From assembly GCA_045633005.1 (NCBI GenBank), contig JAZQXT010000007.1, positions 62,709 through 126,708 on the forward strand: DNA of 64,000 bases, given 5' to 3'. A model generated the notes under the pieces. The model searched no databases. It saw only the letters and a program-made list of their open reading frames with translations, and was not told where the DNA came from. This stretch comes from Eubacteriales bacterium (GTDB taxonomy: Bacteria; Bacillota; Clostridia; Oscillospirales; CAG-272). The translations under genes were made by a program, and so were the position numbers. Numbering within the stretch: position 1 is the stretch's first letter; each line of letters starts with the position of its first letter. Shown here piece after piece: positions 46,432-58,986 of this stretch.

Positions 46432-49400
46432 ATGGTGAAAGTTACAGATCAGATGCTCGGAAAGAATCTGCGAAAGAGCTTTTCCAAAACTCGCACCACA
46501 CTGGAGATCCCCAACCTTATCGAGATCCAGACGAAGTCCTTCAAATGGTTCCTTGAGGAAGGTCTTGCGGAGGTCCTCCGCGACGTATCTCCCATCGTGG
46601 ATTTTTCGGGTAACCTTTCTATCGAGTTCATTTCCTTCTCGATAGACTCGAAGCCCAAGTATCCCGTAGAGGAGTGCAAGGAGAGAGACGTTAACTACGC
46701 CGCGCCTCTTAAGGTCAACGTCCGCCTTACCAACAAGCTGACGGGCGAGGTCAAGCAGACCGACATCTACATGGGTGACTTCCCGATCATGACGGAGAAG
46801 GGTACTTTCGTTATCAACGGTGCTGAGCGCGTTATCGTTTCCCAGCTCATCCGTTCCCCCGGAATGTACTACGCCTCCGATATAGACAAGGCGGGGAAGA
46901 AGACCTTTACCGCCACCATCATCCCCTATCGCGGTGCATGGCTTGAGTACGAGGTCGACAGCAATAACGTTATCTGGGTACGCATTGATAAGAACCGTAA
47001 GCTTCCCCTTACTATGTTCATCCGTGCGCTCGGCATTTCCGTAAATCCCGAAACGGGACTTATGGAGTCTGCTATCAATACCGCAGACGATATGGTAGAG
47101 ATGTTCGGCGACAGCGTATATCTGCGCGCAACTCTTGAAAAGGACGAGTCCGAAAATCTTGCGCTTGGCAAGAGCTCGGGCGCGGCTATCGAGTCTCTGC
47201 GTGAGATCTACCGCAAGCTCCGCCCCGGCGAGCCCGTTCAGACCGACGCCGCTCTCACTCTCGTCAACAACTTCTTCTTTGACGCCAAGAGATACGATAT
47301 CGCTCCCGTTGGACGCTATAAGTACGACAAGAAGCTCTCTATCGCCGCAAGAATCAAGAACCATCGCATAGCAAGCGACATCGTAAGCCCCGTTACGGGT
47401 GAGCTTCTCTTTGAGGCAGGTCACGTTCTCAGCCCCGAGGACGCTATGCAGGTAGAGTACGCCGCCGTTAACGAGGTAGTTATCACTCTTGACAACGGCG
47501 AAAACATCAAGGTATTCTCCAACAACACTTGCTGGCCCGAAAAGATCATCGGTGACGATCTTTCCGACTGCGGCGTGCGCGAGAAGGTCCGCACCTCCGT
47601 TCTTCTTTCCATTATGGAGGAGTGCGGCGGCGATATGGACGCCGTCAAGGCGGCTGTTAAGAGCCGTATGGCAGAGCTTTGCCCCAAGCACATCACCCGC
47701 GACGATATATTTGCAACCATCAACTATCTCTTCACTCTCACTAATGACGTGGGCAGCGTTGACGATATAGACCACCTCGGTAACCGTCGTATCCGTTCCG
47801 TAGGCGAGCAGCTTCAGAACCAGATGCGCATCGGCTTCTCCCGTATGGATAAGATAATCCGCGAGCGTATGACCACTCAGGACAGCGAAAAGCTCACTCC
47901 TCAGGCGCTTATCAACATCCGCCCCGTAGCTACCGTTATCCGCGAGTTCTTCGGCTCGTCCCAGCTCTCTCAGTTCATGGATCAGTCCAACCCTCTGGCA
48001 GAGCTTACCCACAAGCGCCGTCTGTCCGCGCTCGGTCCCGGCGGTCTTTCCCGTGAGCGTGCATCCTTCGACGTTCGTGACGTACACTATACCCACTACG
48101 GCAGAATGTGTCCCATCGAGACTCCCGAAGGTCCTAACATCGGTCTTATTTCCTATCTTGCGACCTACGCGCGTATCAGCGATTACGGCTTCATCGAGGC
48201 TCCCTACCGCAAGGTCGATCGCGCAACGGGCAAGGTAACGGACGAGGTCGTTTATATGACCGCGGACGAGGAGGATAGCTACATCATCGCTCAGGCTAAC
48301 GAGGCGCTGGACGAGGAGGGAAGATTTATAAACGCCAAGGTAACGGCAAGAGATAAGAACGAGTTTATCGAGGTCGACTCCTCCGTTATCGATTATATGG
48401 ACGTATCTCCTAAGATGGTAGTTTCCGCCGCCACCGCAATGATCCCCTTCCTTGAGAACGACGATAACTCCCGTGCACTCATGGGCTCGAACATGCAGAA
48501 GCAGGCAGTTCCGCTTATGGTAACGGATTCCCCCATCGTCGGTACGGGTATGGAATATAAGGTAGCTAAGGACTCGGGCGTCGTCGTTCTTGCAAGGAAC
48601 GCGGGCGTCGTTGAGCACGTAGAGACCGCAAAGATAGTCGTTCGCTGCGAGGATGGCAGACACGACGTTTACGAGCTTATCAAGTTTAAGCGTACCAACC
48701 AGGGAACGTGCTGCAACCAGCGCCCCATCGTAAAGGTTGGCGAGAAGGTAGAAAAGGGACAGGTTATTGCCGACGGCCCCGCAACCTCCAACGGCGAGAT
48801 AGCTCTCGGTAAGAACGCTCTCATCGGATTTATGACCTGGGAGGGTTATAACTACGAGGACGCAGTTCTTCTTAATGAAAACCTCGTCAGAAATGACGTT
48901 TACACTTCACTTCATATCGAAGTATATTCTCACGAGGCGCGCGACACCAAGCTCGGCTCTGAGGAGATCACCCGCGAGATCCAGAACGTAGGCGAGGATG
49001 CGCTCCGCAACCTCGATGCTAACGGTATCGTAAAGAAGGGTACCGAGGTACACGCAGGAGATATCCTCGTAGGTAAGATCACTCCTAAGGGAGAGACCGA
49101 CCTTACCGCAGAGGAAAGACTGCTCCGTGCTATCTTCGGTGAAAAGACTCGCGAGACCAGAGATACCTCTCTGCGTCTGCCCCACGGCGAGTCGGGAATC
49201 GTCGTTGACGTTCGCGTGTTCTCACACGAGCAGGGCGACGAGCTTCCTACGGGCGTAAATAAGGTAGTTCACGTTTACATCGCGCAGAAGAGAAAGATAT
49301 CCGTCGGAGATAAGATGGCAGGACGTCACGGTAACAAGGGTGTCGTTTCCCGCATTCTTCCCCCCGAGGATATGCCCTTCCTTCCCGACGGAACTCCCCT

Positions 49401-50307
49401 TGACATCGTTCTTAACCCGCTGGGCGTTCCTTCCCGTATGAACATCGGTCAGGTTCTTGAGGTCCACCTCGGTATCGCTGCCCGCAAGCTCGGCTGGAAG
49501 ATCATGACCCCCGTTTTCGACGGCGCAAACGAGCGCGACATTATCGAGTGCATGAAGCAGGCGAATATGTGGCGTGAGGTATTCCCCGGCGAGAACGTTG
49601 ACGGCAAGGAGACCCGCGAGGTCACCGATCCCGTAACGGGCGAAACGAAGCGTCAGGTAATTGACGGTAAGACCGTTCTTTATGACGGACGTACGGGCGA
49701 GCCCTTCGACAACCCCGTAACCGTAGGTATAATGTATTACCTTAAGCTCCACCACCTCGTTGACGATAAGATTCACGCACGTTCCAACGGTCCTTACTCT
49801 CTCGTAACTCAGCAGCCTCTCGGCGGTAAAGCGCAGTTCGGTGGTCAGCGTTTCGGAGAGATGGAGGTTTGGGCACTTGAGGCGTACGGCGCAGCCTACA
49901 CGCTTCAGGAGATCCTTACCGTCAAGTCCGACGATATCAACGGACGCCGTAAGGCATACGAGGCTATCATTCAGGGACAGAATATTCCTACTCCCGGTGT
50001 TCCCGAGTCCTTTAAGGTTCTCGTTAAGGAGCTTCAGTCGCTCTGTCTTGACATCAAGGTGCTCAATGACGACGGCGAGGAGATCCAGCTCTCAAGCCTT
50101 TGCAACGACGATGCTCCTCAGTATCTCAGCCGCACTGATGCGGAGGCTGTAGACGCTATCGTTGGCAACACCGAGATCCCCGACGACATCCACAAGGCGT
50201 TCCTCTTTGAAGAAGACGAGGACGAGGACGGCGAGGATAACGAGGAATACGAATACAGCGAAGACGAGAGCTACGACGATAGCTTCGATTCGGACGATTA
50301 TAATTAA
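46432..50307 (+). CDS. rpoB: DNA-directed RNA polymerase subunit beta
   Basis: [20 protein letters not shown]-terminus with spacing like B. subtilis RpoB when started at ATG 46432. Conserved blocks throughout. Unusual acidic C-terminal tail. Confidence 0.98.
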   Translation: MVKVTDQMLGKNLRKSFSKTRTTLEIPNLIEIQTKSFKWFLEEGLAEVLRDVSPIVDFSGNLSIEFISFSIDSKPKYPVEECKERDVNYAAPLKVNVRLTNKLTGEVKQTDIYMGDFPIMTEKGTFVINGAERVIVSQLIRSPGMYYASDIDKAGKKTFTATIIPYRGAWLEYEVDSNNVIWVRIDKNRKLPLTMFIRALGISVNPETGLMESAINTADDMVEMFGDSVYLRATLEKDESENLALGKSSGAAIESLREIYRKLRPGEPVQTDAALTLVNNFFFDAKRYDIAPVGRYKYDKKLSIAARIKNHRIASDIVSPVTGELLFEAGHVLSPEDAMQVEYAAVNEVVITLDNGENIKVFSNNTCWPEKIIGDDLSDCGVREKVRTSVLLSIMEECGGDMDAVKAAVKSRMAELCPKHITRDDIFATINYLFTLTNDVGSVDDIDHLGNRRIRSVGEQLQNQMRIGFSRMDKIIRERMTTQDSEKLTPQALINIRPVATVIREFFGSSQLSQFMDQSNPLAELTHKRRLSALGPGGLSRERASFDVRDVHYTHYGRMCPIETPEGPNIGLISYLATYARISDYGFIEAPYRKVDRATGKVTDEVVYMTADEEDSYIIAQANEALDEEGRFINAKVTARDKNEFIEVDSSVIDYMDVSPKMVVSAATAMIPFLENDDNSRALMGSNMQKQAVPLMVTDSPIVGTGMEYKVAKDSGVVVLARNAGVVEHVETAKIVVRCEDGRHDVYELIKFKRTNQGTCCNQRPIVKVGEKVEKGQVIADGPATSNGEIALGKNALIGFMTWEGYNYEDAVLLNENLVRNDVYTSLHIEVYSHEARDTKLGSEEITREIQNVGEDALRNLDANGIVKKGTEVHAGDILVGKITPKGETDLTAEERLLRAIFGEKTRETRDTSLRLPHGESGIVVDVRVFSHEQGDELPTGVNKVVHVYIAQKRKISVGDKMAGRHGNKGVVSRILPPEDMPFLPDGTPLDIVLNPLGVPSRMNIGQVLEVHLGIAARKLGWKIMTPVFDGANERDIIECMKQANMWREVFPGENVDGKETREVTDPVTGETKRQVIDGKTVLYDGRTGEPFDNPVTVGIMYYLKLHHLVDDKIHARSNGPYSLVTQQPLGGKAQFGGQRFGEMEVWALEAYGAAYTLQEILTVKSDDINGRRKAYEAIIQGQNIPTPGVPESFKVLVKELQSLCLDIKVLNDDGEEIQLSSLCNDDAPQYLSRTDAEAVDAIVGNTEIPDDIHKAFLFEEDEDEDGEDNEEYEYSEDESYDDSFDSDDYN

Positions 50308-50324
50308 TTATAAGGAGAACAGCT

Positions 50325-53300
50325 ATGGCAAATAATGAATTCGCTTCCATAAAGATTGGACTGGCATCTCCGGACAAGATAAGAGAATGGTCTTACGGCG
50401 AGGTAACGAAGCCCGAGACTATAAACTACCGCACGCTCAAGGCAGAGGTCGGAGGACTTTTCTGCGAGCGCATCTTTGGCCCGACCAAGGACGGCGCTTG
50501 TATGTGCGGCAAATACAAGAACTCGCACAACATCCGCGAAAAGATCATCTGCGATAAGTGCGGCGTTGAGGTAACCACGAAGAAGGTCCGCCGTGAGAGA
50601 ATGGGACACATCGAGCTTGCTACTCCCGTGTCGCACATCTGGTATTTCAAGGCGTCGCCCTCCCGTATGGCTCTCGTGCTTGACATTTCTTCAAAGCAGC
50701 TTGAGCAGGTACTTTACTTTGCCGAGAACATCGTTCTTGATCCCGGAAACACTCCTCTTGAAAGAGGAATGGTTCTCAACGAAAAGCAGTACACCGAGTA
50801 CCGCGAGATGTATGAGAACGAGTTCCGCGTAGGTATGGGTGCAGAGGCTATCAGAGAGCTTCTTGCAAGCATCAACGTTGATGAGCTTGCGGTTTCTCTC
50901 AAGGAGGAGCTCAAGACCACCACGAGCCAGAAGAAGGCGCGTATCATCAAGCGTCTTGAGGTAATTGAGTCCTTCCGTCGCTCGGGCAACAAGCTTGAGT
51001 GGATGGTGCTCGACGTAGTACCCGTGCTCCCCCCCGACATCAGACCTATGGTACAGCTCGACGGCGGAAGATTTGCATCCTCCGACCTTAACGAGCTCTA
51101 CCGCCGAGTTATCAGCCGTAACAACCGTCTGAAAAAGCTCATAGAGATCCACACCCCCGAGATAGTTATCCGCAACGAGAAGCGTATGCTTCAGGAGGCG
51201 GTAGACGCTCTCATTGATAACGGCCGCCGCGGCAAGCCCGTTACGGGCCCCTCCAACCGCGCTCTGAAATCTCTCTCCGAGATGCTCCGCGGTAAGCAGG
51301 GACGCTTCCGTCAGAACCTGCTCGGTAAGCGTGTTGACTATTCGGGACGTTCCGTTATCGTCGTAGGACCTTCGCTCAAGATCTATCAGTGCGGTCTGCC
51401 TAAGGAGATGGCACTTGAGCTCTTCAAGCCATTCGTCGTTAAGAGACTTGTCGAAATGGGCAAGGCTACCAACGTCAAGGAGGCACAGAAGAAGATCGAT
51501 CGCGCTCAGGTCAGCAACGACGAGGTCTGGGATGCACTCGAAAACGTTATCAAGGAGCATCCCGTGCTTCTTAACCGCGCACCTACGCTCCACCGTCTGT
51601 CCATTCAGGCGTTTGAGCCCGTGCTCGTAGAGGGTAGAGCAATAAAGCTCCACCCGCTGGTATGTACCGCATTCAACGCCGACTTCGACGGCGACCAGAT
51701 GCCCGTACACGTTCCGCTTTCCGCAGAGGCGCAGGCGGAGGCACGCTTCCTTATGCTTTCCGCAAACAACCTTCTGAAGCCTGCCGACGGTAGAGCAGTT
51801 ACCGTTCCTACGCAGGATATGATACTTGGTTCTTACTACCTTTCTATCGTAAGGACCGACGAGCCCGGCTGCGGAAGAATTTTCCGCGACGTTGACGAGG
51901 CTACCATGGCTTACGCCAACGGTCAGATCGGTCTGCACGCTCCTATCGCCGTTCGTATGAAGAAGGACGGTGAAACGAGAATAATCGGTCTTATCCGTCC
52001 CGATATGACCGACGATAAGGAGCAGATCGGCAGAGTCAATACCGGCAAGGACGCCGTTACGCTCGGAAGAATCATCTTCAACAGCAACATCCCGCAGGAC
52101 CTCGGCTTCGTTGACAGAAGCCGCGATGAGAACAAGTTCGACCTTGAGATCGCTTCGATCATCACCAAGAAGGAGCTTGGTCAGATCATCAACGCCTGCA
52201 TTGCAAGACACACCTCCGCTACCACCGCAGAGATGCTTGACGCCATCAAGGAGATGGGCTACAAGTACTCCACTCGCGCTTCCTTCTCCATCTCGGTATA
52301 CGATATGACTATACCTAAGGAAAAGAAGGATCTCGTAAGCGAGGCAGAGGCAGAGGTCGTCAAGATCGGCAAGTATTACGCAAGAGGTCTGCTCTCCGAG
52401 GAGGAGAGATACGACAAGGTCATCGCGCTGTGGAACAAGACCACCGCAGACGTTACCGCGGCTCTCCAGAAGGGCTTCTCCACCTATAACCCGATCAAGA
52501 TAATGTCTGATTCGGGAGCCCGTGGATCTATCACCCAGATGCGTCAGCTCGCAGGTATGCGCGGACCTATGTTCGCTACCAACGGTAAGACGATGGAGAT
52601 CCCGATCAAGTCGAACTTCCGTGAGGGAATGAAGATCTTCGAGTACTTTATGGGTGCTCGTTCCTCCCGTAAGTCCCTTTCCGATACCGCACTTCGTACC
52701 GCAGACTCGGGTTACCTTACCCGCCGTCTCGTTGACGTATCTCAGGACGTTATCGTTCGTGAGGAAAAGTGCGATACCCAGACCGGCGCGTACGTACGCG
52801 CTATCACCGAGCCCGGTGCTGACAAGCCTATCGAGCCTCTGGCAGACAGACTTGTGGGCAGATATACCCTCGGTGACGTAGTAGACCCCAAGACGGGCGA
52901 GGTCATCGTTCCCGACGACACTCTCGTAGATGAGAAGATGGCAAAGAAGATCGTTGCCGCAGGTGTTGAGGAGGTCTGCATCAGAACCGTTATCCAGTGT
53001 CACGCAAGACACGGCGTATGCGCTCATTGCTACGGAGCTGACCTTGCCAGCGGCAAGAAGGTAAACGTAGGTGAAGCAGTAGGTATCCTTGCAGCTCAGT
53101 CCATCGGTGAGCCCGGTACTCAGCTTACGATGAGAACCTTCCACACGGGTGGTGTTGCAGGCTCGGATATTACGCAGGGTCTTCCCCGCGTTGAGGAGCT
53201 CTTTGAGGCAAGAACGCCCAAGAAGCCCGCTATACTCTCCGCAGTTGACGGCGTGGCTCACATTCAGCCCGACGAGGCTAACCCCAACATTCAGGACGTT

Positions 53301-54002
53301 ATCATCAAGTCCGAGGAAACCGGTGAGACCTCTAAGTATCAGATTCCCTACGGTCGCCGTATAATCGTTGAGAACGGCTCCGTCGTTAAGCGCGGTGACG
53401 CTATCACCGAGGGCTCTAAGGCTCCCGCCGACATTATGGCGTATATGGGCGCTGACGCAGTATACGACTATATCATCAGCGAGATCCAGAAGGCTTACCG
53501 TGCGCAGTCGGTTAACATCAACGACAAGCATATCGAGGTCATCGCCCGTCAGATGACGCGCAAGCGTCGCATCGAGGACAGCGGCGACACCAACCTTCTC
53601 CTTGGCTCTCTCGTTTCCATCAACGAGTTTGAGGACGAGAACGCTCAGGTCCGCGCAAGGATCGCCGCAGGCGAGGAGGGACTTAAGGAGGCTGTTGGAA
53701 TTCCCGTGCTTCTCGGTATATCCAAGGCTGCACTCCAGACCGATTCCTTCCTGTCCGCCGCATCCTTCCAGGAGACCACCAAGGTTCTTACCGAGGCGGC
53801 TATCAAGGGTAAGGTAGACAACCTGCTCGGTCTTAAGGAGAACGTTATTATCGGTAAGCTCATCCCCGCAGGTACGGGTATGGCTTGCTACAACACCGTT
53901 GACATCGTGGGAACTGCCGCAGAGGAGGCTTCCGACGAGGTCGATGAAGCAGAGCAGGCAGAACTTAGCGCAGATGCCGAGGAGATCGGCGTAGAGGCGT
54001 AA
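50325..54002 (+). CDS. rpoC: DNA-directed RNA polymerase subunit beta'
   Basis: Zn-binding CMCGKY...CDKCG and catalytic NADFDGDQM. 1225 aa. Confidence 0.99.
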   Translation: MANNEFASIKIGLASPDKIREWSYGEVTKPETINYRTLKAEVGGLFCERIFGPTKDGACMCGKYKNSHNIREKIICDKCGVEVTTKKVRRERMGHIELATPVSHIWYFKASPSRMALVLDISSKQLEQVLYFAENIVLDPGNTPLERGMVLNEKQYTEYREMYENEFRVGMGAEAIRELLASINVDELAVSLKEELKTTTSQKKARIIKRLEVIESFRRSGNKLEWMVLDVVPVLPPDIRPMVQLDGGRFASSDLNELYRRVISRNNRLKKLIEIHTPEIVIRNEKRMLQEAVDALIDNGRRGKPVTGPSNRALKSLSEMLRGKQGRFRQNLLGKRVDYSGRSVIVVGPSLKIYQCGLPKEMALELFKPFVVKRLVEMGKATNVKEAQKKIDRAQVSNDEVWDALENVIKEHPVLLNRAPTLHRLSIQAFEPVLVEGRAIKLHPLVCTAFNADFDGDQMPVHVPLSAEAQAEARFLMLSANNLLKPADGRAVTVPTQDMILGSYYLSIVRTDEPGCGRIFRDVDEATMAYANGQIGLHAPIAVRMKKDGETRIIGLIRPDMTDDKEQIGRVNTGKDAVTLGRIIFNSNIPQDLGFVDRSRDENKFDLEIASIITKKELGQIINACIARHTSATTAEMLDAIKEMGYKYSTRASFSISVYDMTIPKEKKDLVSEAEAEVVKIGKYYARGLLSEEERYDKVIALWNKTTADVTAALQKGFSTYNPIKIMSDSGARGSITQMRQLAGMRGPMFATNGKTMEIPIKSNFREGMKIFEYFMGARSSRKSLSDTALRTADSGYLTRRLVDVSQDVIVREEKCDTQTGAYVRAITEPGADKPIEPLADRLVGRYTLGDVVDPKTGEVIVPDDTLVDEKMAKKIVAAGVEEVCIRTVIQCHARHGVCAHCYGADLASGKKVNVGEAVGILAAQSIGEPGTQLTMRTFHTGGVAGSDITQGLPRVEELFEARTPKKPAILSAVDGVAHIQPDEANPNIQDVIIKSEETGETSKYQIPYGRRIIVENGSVVKRGDAITEGSKAPADIMAYMGADAVYDYIISEIQKAYRAQSVNINDKHIEVIARQMTRKRRIEDSGDTNLLLGSLVSINEFEDENAQVRARIAAGEEGLKEAVGIPVLLGISKAALQTDSFLSAASFQETTKVLTEAAIKGKVDNLLGLKENVIIGKLIPAGTGMACYNTVDIVGTAAEEASDEVDEAEQAELSADAEEIGVEA

Positions 54003-54018
54003 ATCTGCCAAAAATATA

Positions 54019-54050
54019 GGGGTGCGCCGCATTTTTACGCGGCGCACCCC
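54019..54050 (+). terminator. Hairpin after rpoC (no clear U-tract)
   Basis: ggggtgcgccgc / gcggcgcacccc 12-bp stem with an 8-nt loop. Confidence 0.5.
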
Positions 54051-54150
54051 GATGCTTCGTAAACGATATGTGCAAAATTGACACAAACGCCAAAAACGCG
54101 AGCGTGATTTTGTGCAAAAAGTAGATTTTTTATCTCGAAGTTTGTGATTA

Positions 54151-54179
54151 TTGACAAATTGACGGGAAAATGATATAAT
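54151..54179 (+). promoter_or_regulatory. Promoter of the rpsL-rpsG-fusA-tuf operon
   Basis: TTGACA-N17-TATAAT, about 125 nt upstream of rpsL. Confidence 0.6.
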
Positions 54180-54305
54180 AGTATGAAATTTGCCGCGAAT
54201 ACGTTGCTCGGGTTCGAGGTAAATAGCCAAAAACAGCATCACGGCGCGCCAAGTGCTGTGTTCTGTATATAAGCAAATACGAAAAGAAGGAGGATAAGAA
54301 GAGGA

Positions 54306-54728
54306 ATGCCAACCTTTAACCAGCTTGTCAGACAGGGCCGTAGCGATAAGGTTTACAAGTCGAAGTCTCCCGTACTTCAGAAGGGCTTTAACACCATCAG
54401 CAACGTAGCCACCGATCTGCCTTCACCCCAGAAGCGCGGCGTTTGCACCAAGGTAACTACTACCAGCCCTAAGAAGCCTAACTCTGCACTTCGTAAGATC
54501 GCAAGAGTTCGTCTTACCAACGGTCTTGAGGCAACGACCTACATTCCCGGTGAGGGACACAATTTGCAGGAACACTCCGTAGTTCTCATCAGAGGCGGAA
54601 GAGTGCGCGATCTGCCTGGTGTACGTTACCACATCATCCGTGGTACGCTTGACGCTCAGGGAGTTGCAGCCCGCAAGCAAGCCCGTTCCAAGTATGGAAC
54701 AAAAGTTCCGAAGGCTTCTAAGAAGTAA
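54306..54728 (+). CDS. rpsL: 30S ribosomal protein S12
   Basis: [12 protein letters not shown]...[10 protein letters not shown]. Confidence 0.99.
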   Translation: MPTFNQLVRQGRSDKVYKSKSPVLQKGFNTISNVATDLPSPQKRGVCTKVTTTSPKKPNSALRKIARVRLTNGLEATTYIPGEGHNLQEHSVVLIRGGRVRDLPGVRYHIIRGTLDAQGVAARKQARSKYGTKVPKASKK

Positions 54729-54875
54729 TTTCGGAAAAAGGTATGCAGCATGTTTTTAGCTTGTCACGGATTTCCGTTTTGTTTATATACAGGGGAAAAC
54801 GCGGCTCGCGCCAACAGGAGATATGCTTTTGAGTACCTATGATTTCATTCAAAATTAATGAAGGAGGGAAGTACA

Positions 54876-55346
54876 GTGCCGAGAAGAGGTCGTATATCCA
54901 AGAGAGATGTTCTGCCGGATCCGCTTTACAAGTCTAAGCTTGTTACCAAGCTTATCAACAACGTAATGCTTGACGGCAAGAAGGGAGTCGCCCAGAAGAT
55001 CGTTTACGACGCATTTGCAAGCGTTGAGGCGAAGACTGGTAAGAATGGACTCGAAGCTTTTGTTGAAGCTCTTGAAAACGTAATGCCCGTACTTGAGGTT
55101 AAGGCTCGCCGTGTAGGTGGATCTACCTATCAGGTACCGCTGGAGGTAAGAGCAGAAAGACGTCAGACTCTGGGTCTTCGCTGGGTGGTAATGTTTGCCA
55201 GAAAGCGCGGCGAGCGTACCATGGCAGATCGTCTTGCAGCCGAGATAATCGATGCAACGAACAATGCCGGTGGAGCGTTCAAGAAGAAAGAAGAGACTCA
55301 CCGTATGGCAGAGGCAAACAAGGCGTTTGCACATTACAGATATTAA
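54876..55346 (+). CDS. rpsG: 30S ribosomal protein S7
   Basis: GTG start gives the canonical (M)[16 protein letters not shown]-terminus and 156 aa. GGAGGG lies 7 nt upstream, inside the ATG 54858 extension. Confidence 0.97.
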   Translation: MPRRGRISKRDVLPDPLYKSKLVTKLINNVMLDGKKGVAQKIVYDAFASVEAKTGKNGLEAFVEALENVMPVLEVKARRVGGSTYQVPLEVRAERRQTLGLRWVVMFARKRGERTMADRLAAEIIDATNNAGGAFKKKEETHRMAEANKAFAHYRY

Positions 55347-55405
55347 TTTGCTAATAGCAAATATATCTTTTTTAAGTAGAAAAAAGTTAAGGAGACCTGA
55401 AGTTT

Positions 55406-57490
55406 ATGCCAAGAGAATATTCGCTTGAGTGTACTCGAAATATCGGTATCATGGCTCACATCGATGCCGGAAAGACCACCACCAGCGAAAGAATTTTGTT
55501 CTATACAGGTGTCAACCACAAGCTTGGTGAGACACACGATGGCGATGCTACGATGGACTGGATGGAGCAGGAGAAGGAGAGGGGAATAACCATCACCTCC
55601 GCCGCTACCACTTGCCATTGGAGAGGCAATCGCATAAACATCATTGATACCCCCGGTCACGTTGACTTCACCGTGGAGGTAGAGCGTTCGCTCAGAGTTC
55701 TTGACGGTGCAGTTGCGGTATTTTGCGCAAAGGGCGGCGTTGAGCCCCAGTCTGAAACCGTTTGGAGACAGGCTACCAAGTACAGCGTGCCTCGTCTTGC
55801 CTATGTCAATAAGATGGATATAACCGGCGCAGATTTCTACCGTGTTGTAGATATGATGAAGGAGCGCTTGGGCGCAAATGCGGTTCCGATCCAGCTTCCT
55901 ATTGGCAAAGAGGACGGTTTCCGTGGTATCATTGACCTTATGAACATGGAGGCTACCGTTTACTACAACGATAACGGTACCGATATGAGAATTGAGCCTA
56001 TCCCCGAGGATATGCTCGACGAGGCTAAGCTCTACCGTGAAGCTATGGTAGAGGCAGCCGCAGAGGTAGACGACGTCCTTATGGACAAGTACCTCGAGGG
56101 TGAGGAGATCACTAACGATGAATTGAGAGTAGCTATGCGTAAGGCAACTATCCAGAACCACATGGTTCCCGTAGTTTGCGGAACGTCCTTCAAGAACAAG
56201 GGCGTACAGAAGCTGCTTGATGCTATCGTTGATTACCTGCCTTCCCCCGTTGATGTTCCTAGCATCACGGGTATTGACCCCGACACAGGCGACGAGGACA
56301 GCCGTCCTTCCAGCGACGAAGCTCCGTTTGCAGCTCTTGCATTCAAGATCGCAACCGACCCCTTCGTTGGAAAGCTCTGCTTCTTCCGCGTATATTCGGG
56401 ATCTATCCATGCAGGCGATACCGTTTGGAACGCCAGCAAGGGTAAAAAGGAAAGAATGGGAAGAATCGTTCAGATGCACGCAAACTCCCGTAAGGATATC
56501 GACGTCGTTTACGCGGGCGATATCGCAGCGGTCGTTTCCGTAAAGAACACCGGTACCGGTGACTCTCTCTGCGACGAGAAGAACCCCATCATTCTTGAAT
56601 CTATGGAATTCCCCGAGCCCGTTATCAGAGTTGCTATCGAGCCCAAGACCCGTGCGGGACTTGAGAAGATGGGCGTTGCTCTGTCCAAGCTGGCTGAGGA
56701 GGATCCTACCTTCCGTACCTACACCGACGACGATACGGGTCAGACCATTATCGCAGGTATGGGTGAGCTTCACCTTGAGATCATCGTTGACAGACTTCTG
56801 CGCGAGTTCAAGGTAGAGGCTAACATCGGTGCACCTCAGGTTGCTTACAAGGAGACTATCCGTCAGAGAGTTGAGCACGAGTGCAAGTACAAGAAGCAGT
56901 CCGGTGGTTCCGGTCAGTACGCTCACGTTAAGATCATACTTGAGCCTAACGAGTCCGGCGCGGGCTACGAATTTGTAAACTCCGTTACCGGTGGCGCAAT
57001 TCCCAAGGAATTCATCGAGCCTGTAAATCAGGGCATCCAGAGCGCAATGCAGTGCGGTGTTCTTGCAGGCTACAACGTAGTTGACGTAAAGGCAACCCTT
57101 TACGATGGCTCTTATCACGAGGTCGACTCCTCTGAAATGGCGTTCAAGATCGCCGGTTCTATGGCGTTCAAGGAGGCTATGAGAAAGGCAGAGCCCGTAC
57201 TCACCGAGCCTATCATGAAGGTTACCACCATTACGCCCAACGATTACCTCGGAGACGTTATTGGTGACTTTAACTCTCGCCGCGGCGCAATTCAGTCGAT
57301 GACCGACGACGGCAAGGGTACTACCGAGATCATCGCAGACGTTCCGCTGTCCGAAATGTTCGGATACGCAACCGACCTGCGTTCCAAGTCTCAGGGACGT
57401 GCGCTCTATTCTATGGAGCCGCACAACTTTGCTCAGGTTCCCAAGAGCATTCAGGAGGGCATCGTTACCTCCCGTTCAAAGGCAAACTAA
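55406..57490 (+). CDS. fusA: Elongation factor G
   Basis: [22 protein letters not shown]. 694 aa. Confidence 0.99.
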   Translation: MPREYSLECTRNIGIMAHIDAGKTTTSERILFYTGVNHKLGETHDGDATMDWMEQEKERGITITSAATTCHWRGNRINIIDTPGHVDFTVEVERSLRVLDGAVAVFCAKGGVEPQSETVWRQATKYSVPRLAYVNKMDITGADFYRVVDMMKERLGANAVPIQLPIGKEDGFRGIIDLMNMEATVYYNDNGTDMRIEPIPEDMLDEAKLYREAMVEAAAEVDDVLMDKYLEGEEITNDELRVAMRKATIQNHMVPVVCGTSFKNKGVQKLLDAIVDYLPSPVDVPSITGIDPDTGDEDSRPSSDEAPFAALAFKIATDPFVGKLCFFRVYSGSIHAGDTVWNASKGKKERMGRIVQMHANSRKDIDVVYAGDIAAVVSVKNTGTGDSLCDEKNPIILESMEFPEPVIRVAIEPKTRAGLEKMGVALSKLAEEDPTFRTYTDDDTGQTIIAGMGELHLEIIVDRLLREFKVEANIGAPQVAYKETIRQRVEHECKYKKQSGGSGQYAHVKIILEPNESGAGYEFVNSVTGGAIPKEFIEPVNQGIQSAMQCGVLAGYNVVDVKATLYDGSYHEVDSSEMAFKIAGSMAFKEAMRKAEPVLTEPIMKVTTITPNDYLGDVIGDFNSRRGAIQSMTDDGKGTTEIIADVPLSEMFGYATDLRSKSQGRALYSMEPHNFAQVPKSIQEGIVTSRSKAN

Positions 57491-57543
57491 TCGTTTGTTA
57501 AATTAAAAATTAAAAAATAAAACTTATATGGAGGAAATTCCAA

Positions 57544-58749
57544 ATGGCAAAGGCTACGTTTGAACGCACCAAACCCCACGTAAACATTGGTACCATCGGT
57601 CACGTTGACCATGGTAAGACCACTCTTACTGCAGCTATCACCAAGTATCTCTCCCTTACCGCAGGTAGTGTTGAGTTCATGGCATACGACCAGATCGACA
57701 ACGCTCCCGAGGAGAGAGCAAGAGGTATCACAATCAACACCCGTCACGTTGAGTACGAGACTGAGAACCGTCACTACGCTCACGTTGACTGCCCCGGCCA
57801 CGCCGACTACGTTAAGAACATGATCACCGGTGCTGCACAGATGGATGGCGCTATCCTCGTTGTTGCAGGTACCGACGGTCCTCTCCAGCAGACCCGCGAG
57901 CACGTTCTGCTCGCTCGTCAGGTTGGCGTTCCCGCAATCTGCGTATTTATGAACAAGACCGACCTCGTTGATGATGATGAGCTTCTCGACCTCGTTGAGA
58001 TGGAAGTTCGTGATCTTCTTTCCGAGTATGACTTCCCCGGCGACGATATTCCGATCGTTCGCGGTTCTGCTCGTGAGGCTCTTACCTCTGAAAACACCGA
58101 TCCCAACGCTCCCGAGTACGCTCCCATCAAGGAGCTCATGGCTCAGGTTGACAGCTATATTCCTACCCCTGAGCGTAAGGCAGACCTTGACTTCCTTATG
58201 CCCGTCGAGGACGTATTCTCCATCTCCGGCCGTGGTACCGTTGCTACCGGTCGTGTAGAGCGTGGTACCGTTAAGGTTGGCGACACCGTTGAGATCGTTG
58301 GTCTCAGCGATGAGAACCGCAACTGCGTTGTTACCGGTGTTGAGATGTTCCACAAGCTCCTTCCTCAGGCAGAGGCCGGCGATAACATCGGTTGCCTCCT
58401 CCGTGGCGTAGCTAAGGACGAGATCGAGCGCGGACAGGTTCTCTGCAAGCCCGGCTCTGTAAAGCCCCACACCAAGTTCTCCGGTCAGGTTTACGTTCTT
58501 ACCGAGAAGGAAGGCGGCCGTAAGAAGCCCTTCGTAACCGGTTACAGACCTCAGTTCTACTTCAGAACCACCGACGTTACCGGTAGCATCGAGCTTCCCG
58601 CTGACGTTGAGATGTGCCGTCCCGGCGATAACGTAACCTTCAACGTTGAGCTCATCACCCCCATCGCTTGCGAGAAGGGTCTCCGTTTTGCTATCCGTGA
58701 GGGTGGTAGAACCGTTGGTTCGGGCGTTGTTTCCGAGATCGTTGAGTAA
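57544..58749 (+). CDS. tuf: Elongation factor Tu
   Basis: [21 protein letters not shown]. 401 aa. Confidence 0.99.
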   Translation: MAKATFERTKPHVNIGTIGHVDHGKTTLTAAITKYLSLTAGSVEFMAYDQIDNAPEERARGITINTRHVEYETENRHYAHVDCPGHADYVKNMITGAAQMDGAILVVAGTDGPLQQTREHVLLARQVGVPAICVFMNKTDLVDDDELLDLVEMEVRDLLSEYDFPGDDIPIVRGSAREALTSENTDPNAPEYAPIKELMAQVDSYIPTPERKADLDFLMPVEDVFSISGRGTVATGRVERGTVKVGDTVEIVGLSDENRNCVVTGVEMFHKLLPQAEAGDNIGCLLRGVAKDEIERGQVLCKPGSVKPHTKFSGQVYVLTEKEGGRKKPFVTGYRPQFYFRTTDVTGSIELPADVEMCRPGDNVTFNVELITPIACEKGLRFAIREGGRTVGSGVVSEIVE

Positions 58750-58771
58750 TTTATATTACTTTTAACACTAT

Positions 58772-58803
58772 AAATCGGACGCGCTTCGGCGCGTCCGATT
58801 TTA
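58772..58803 (+). terminator. Rho-independent terminator after tuf
   Basis: aaatcggacgcgc / gcgcgtccgattt stem, ttcg loop, T-run. Confidence 0.85.
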
Positions 58804-58811
58804 CATTTAAT

Positions 58812-58956
58812 ATCTTTGGGGATCGGTGAAATTCCGTACCGGCGGTGTTGCTAAAATGCTGAGTCCGCGAGCTGATAAGGTCAGCCGAGCAGGTGAGAAT
58901 CCTGCACCGACCGTAAAAAACGGCATATCTTGCTATAAAGTCGGGATGGGAGAAGA
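58812..58956 (+). promoter_or_regulatory. FMN riboswitch (RFN element)
   Basis: Conserved RFN blocks GGGGATCGGTGAAATTCCGTACCGGCGGT, AGTCCGCGAGC, CAGGTGAGAATCCTGCACCGACCGT and AGTCGGGATGGGAGAAG. P1 is atctt / aagat. Downstream gggagaa/ttctccc and tctcccc/gggga alternative pairings involve the SD. Confidence 0.9.
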
Positions 58957-58986
58957 TGTTTCTCCCCCGTAGAAATGGGGAAAATT

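Noticed and set aside
50691-54242. A 1183-aa stop-free ORF antisense to rpoC. Similar long antisense ORFs lie opposite rpoB (46429-48663), fusA (55343-57424), tuf, groEL, addA/addB and the ABC genes.
   Set aside because: These are shadow ORFs. The sense genes carry unmistakable conserved proteins. Their codon usage avoids TTA/CTA/TCA, which removes stop codons from the codon-aligned antisense frame. The antisense translations are low-complexity with no start-site signals.
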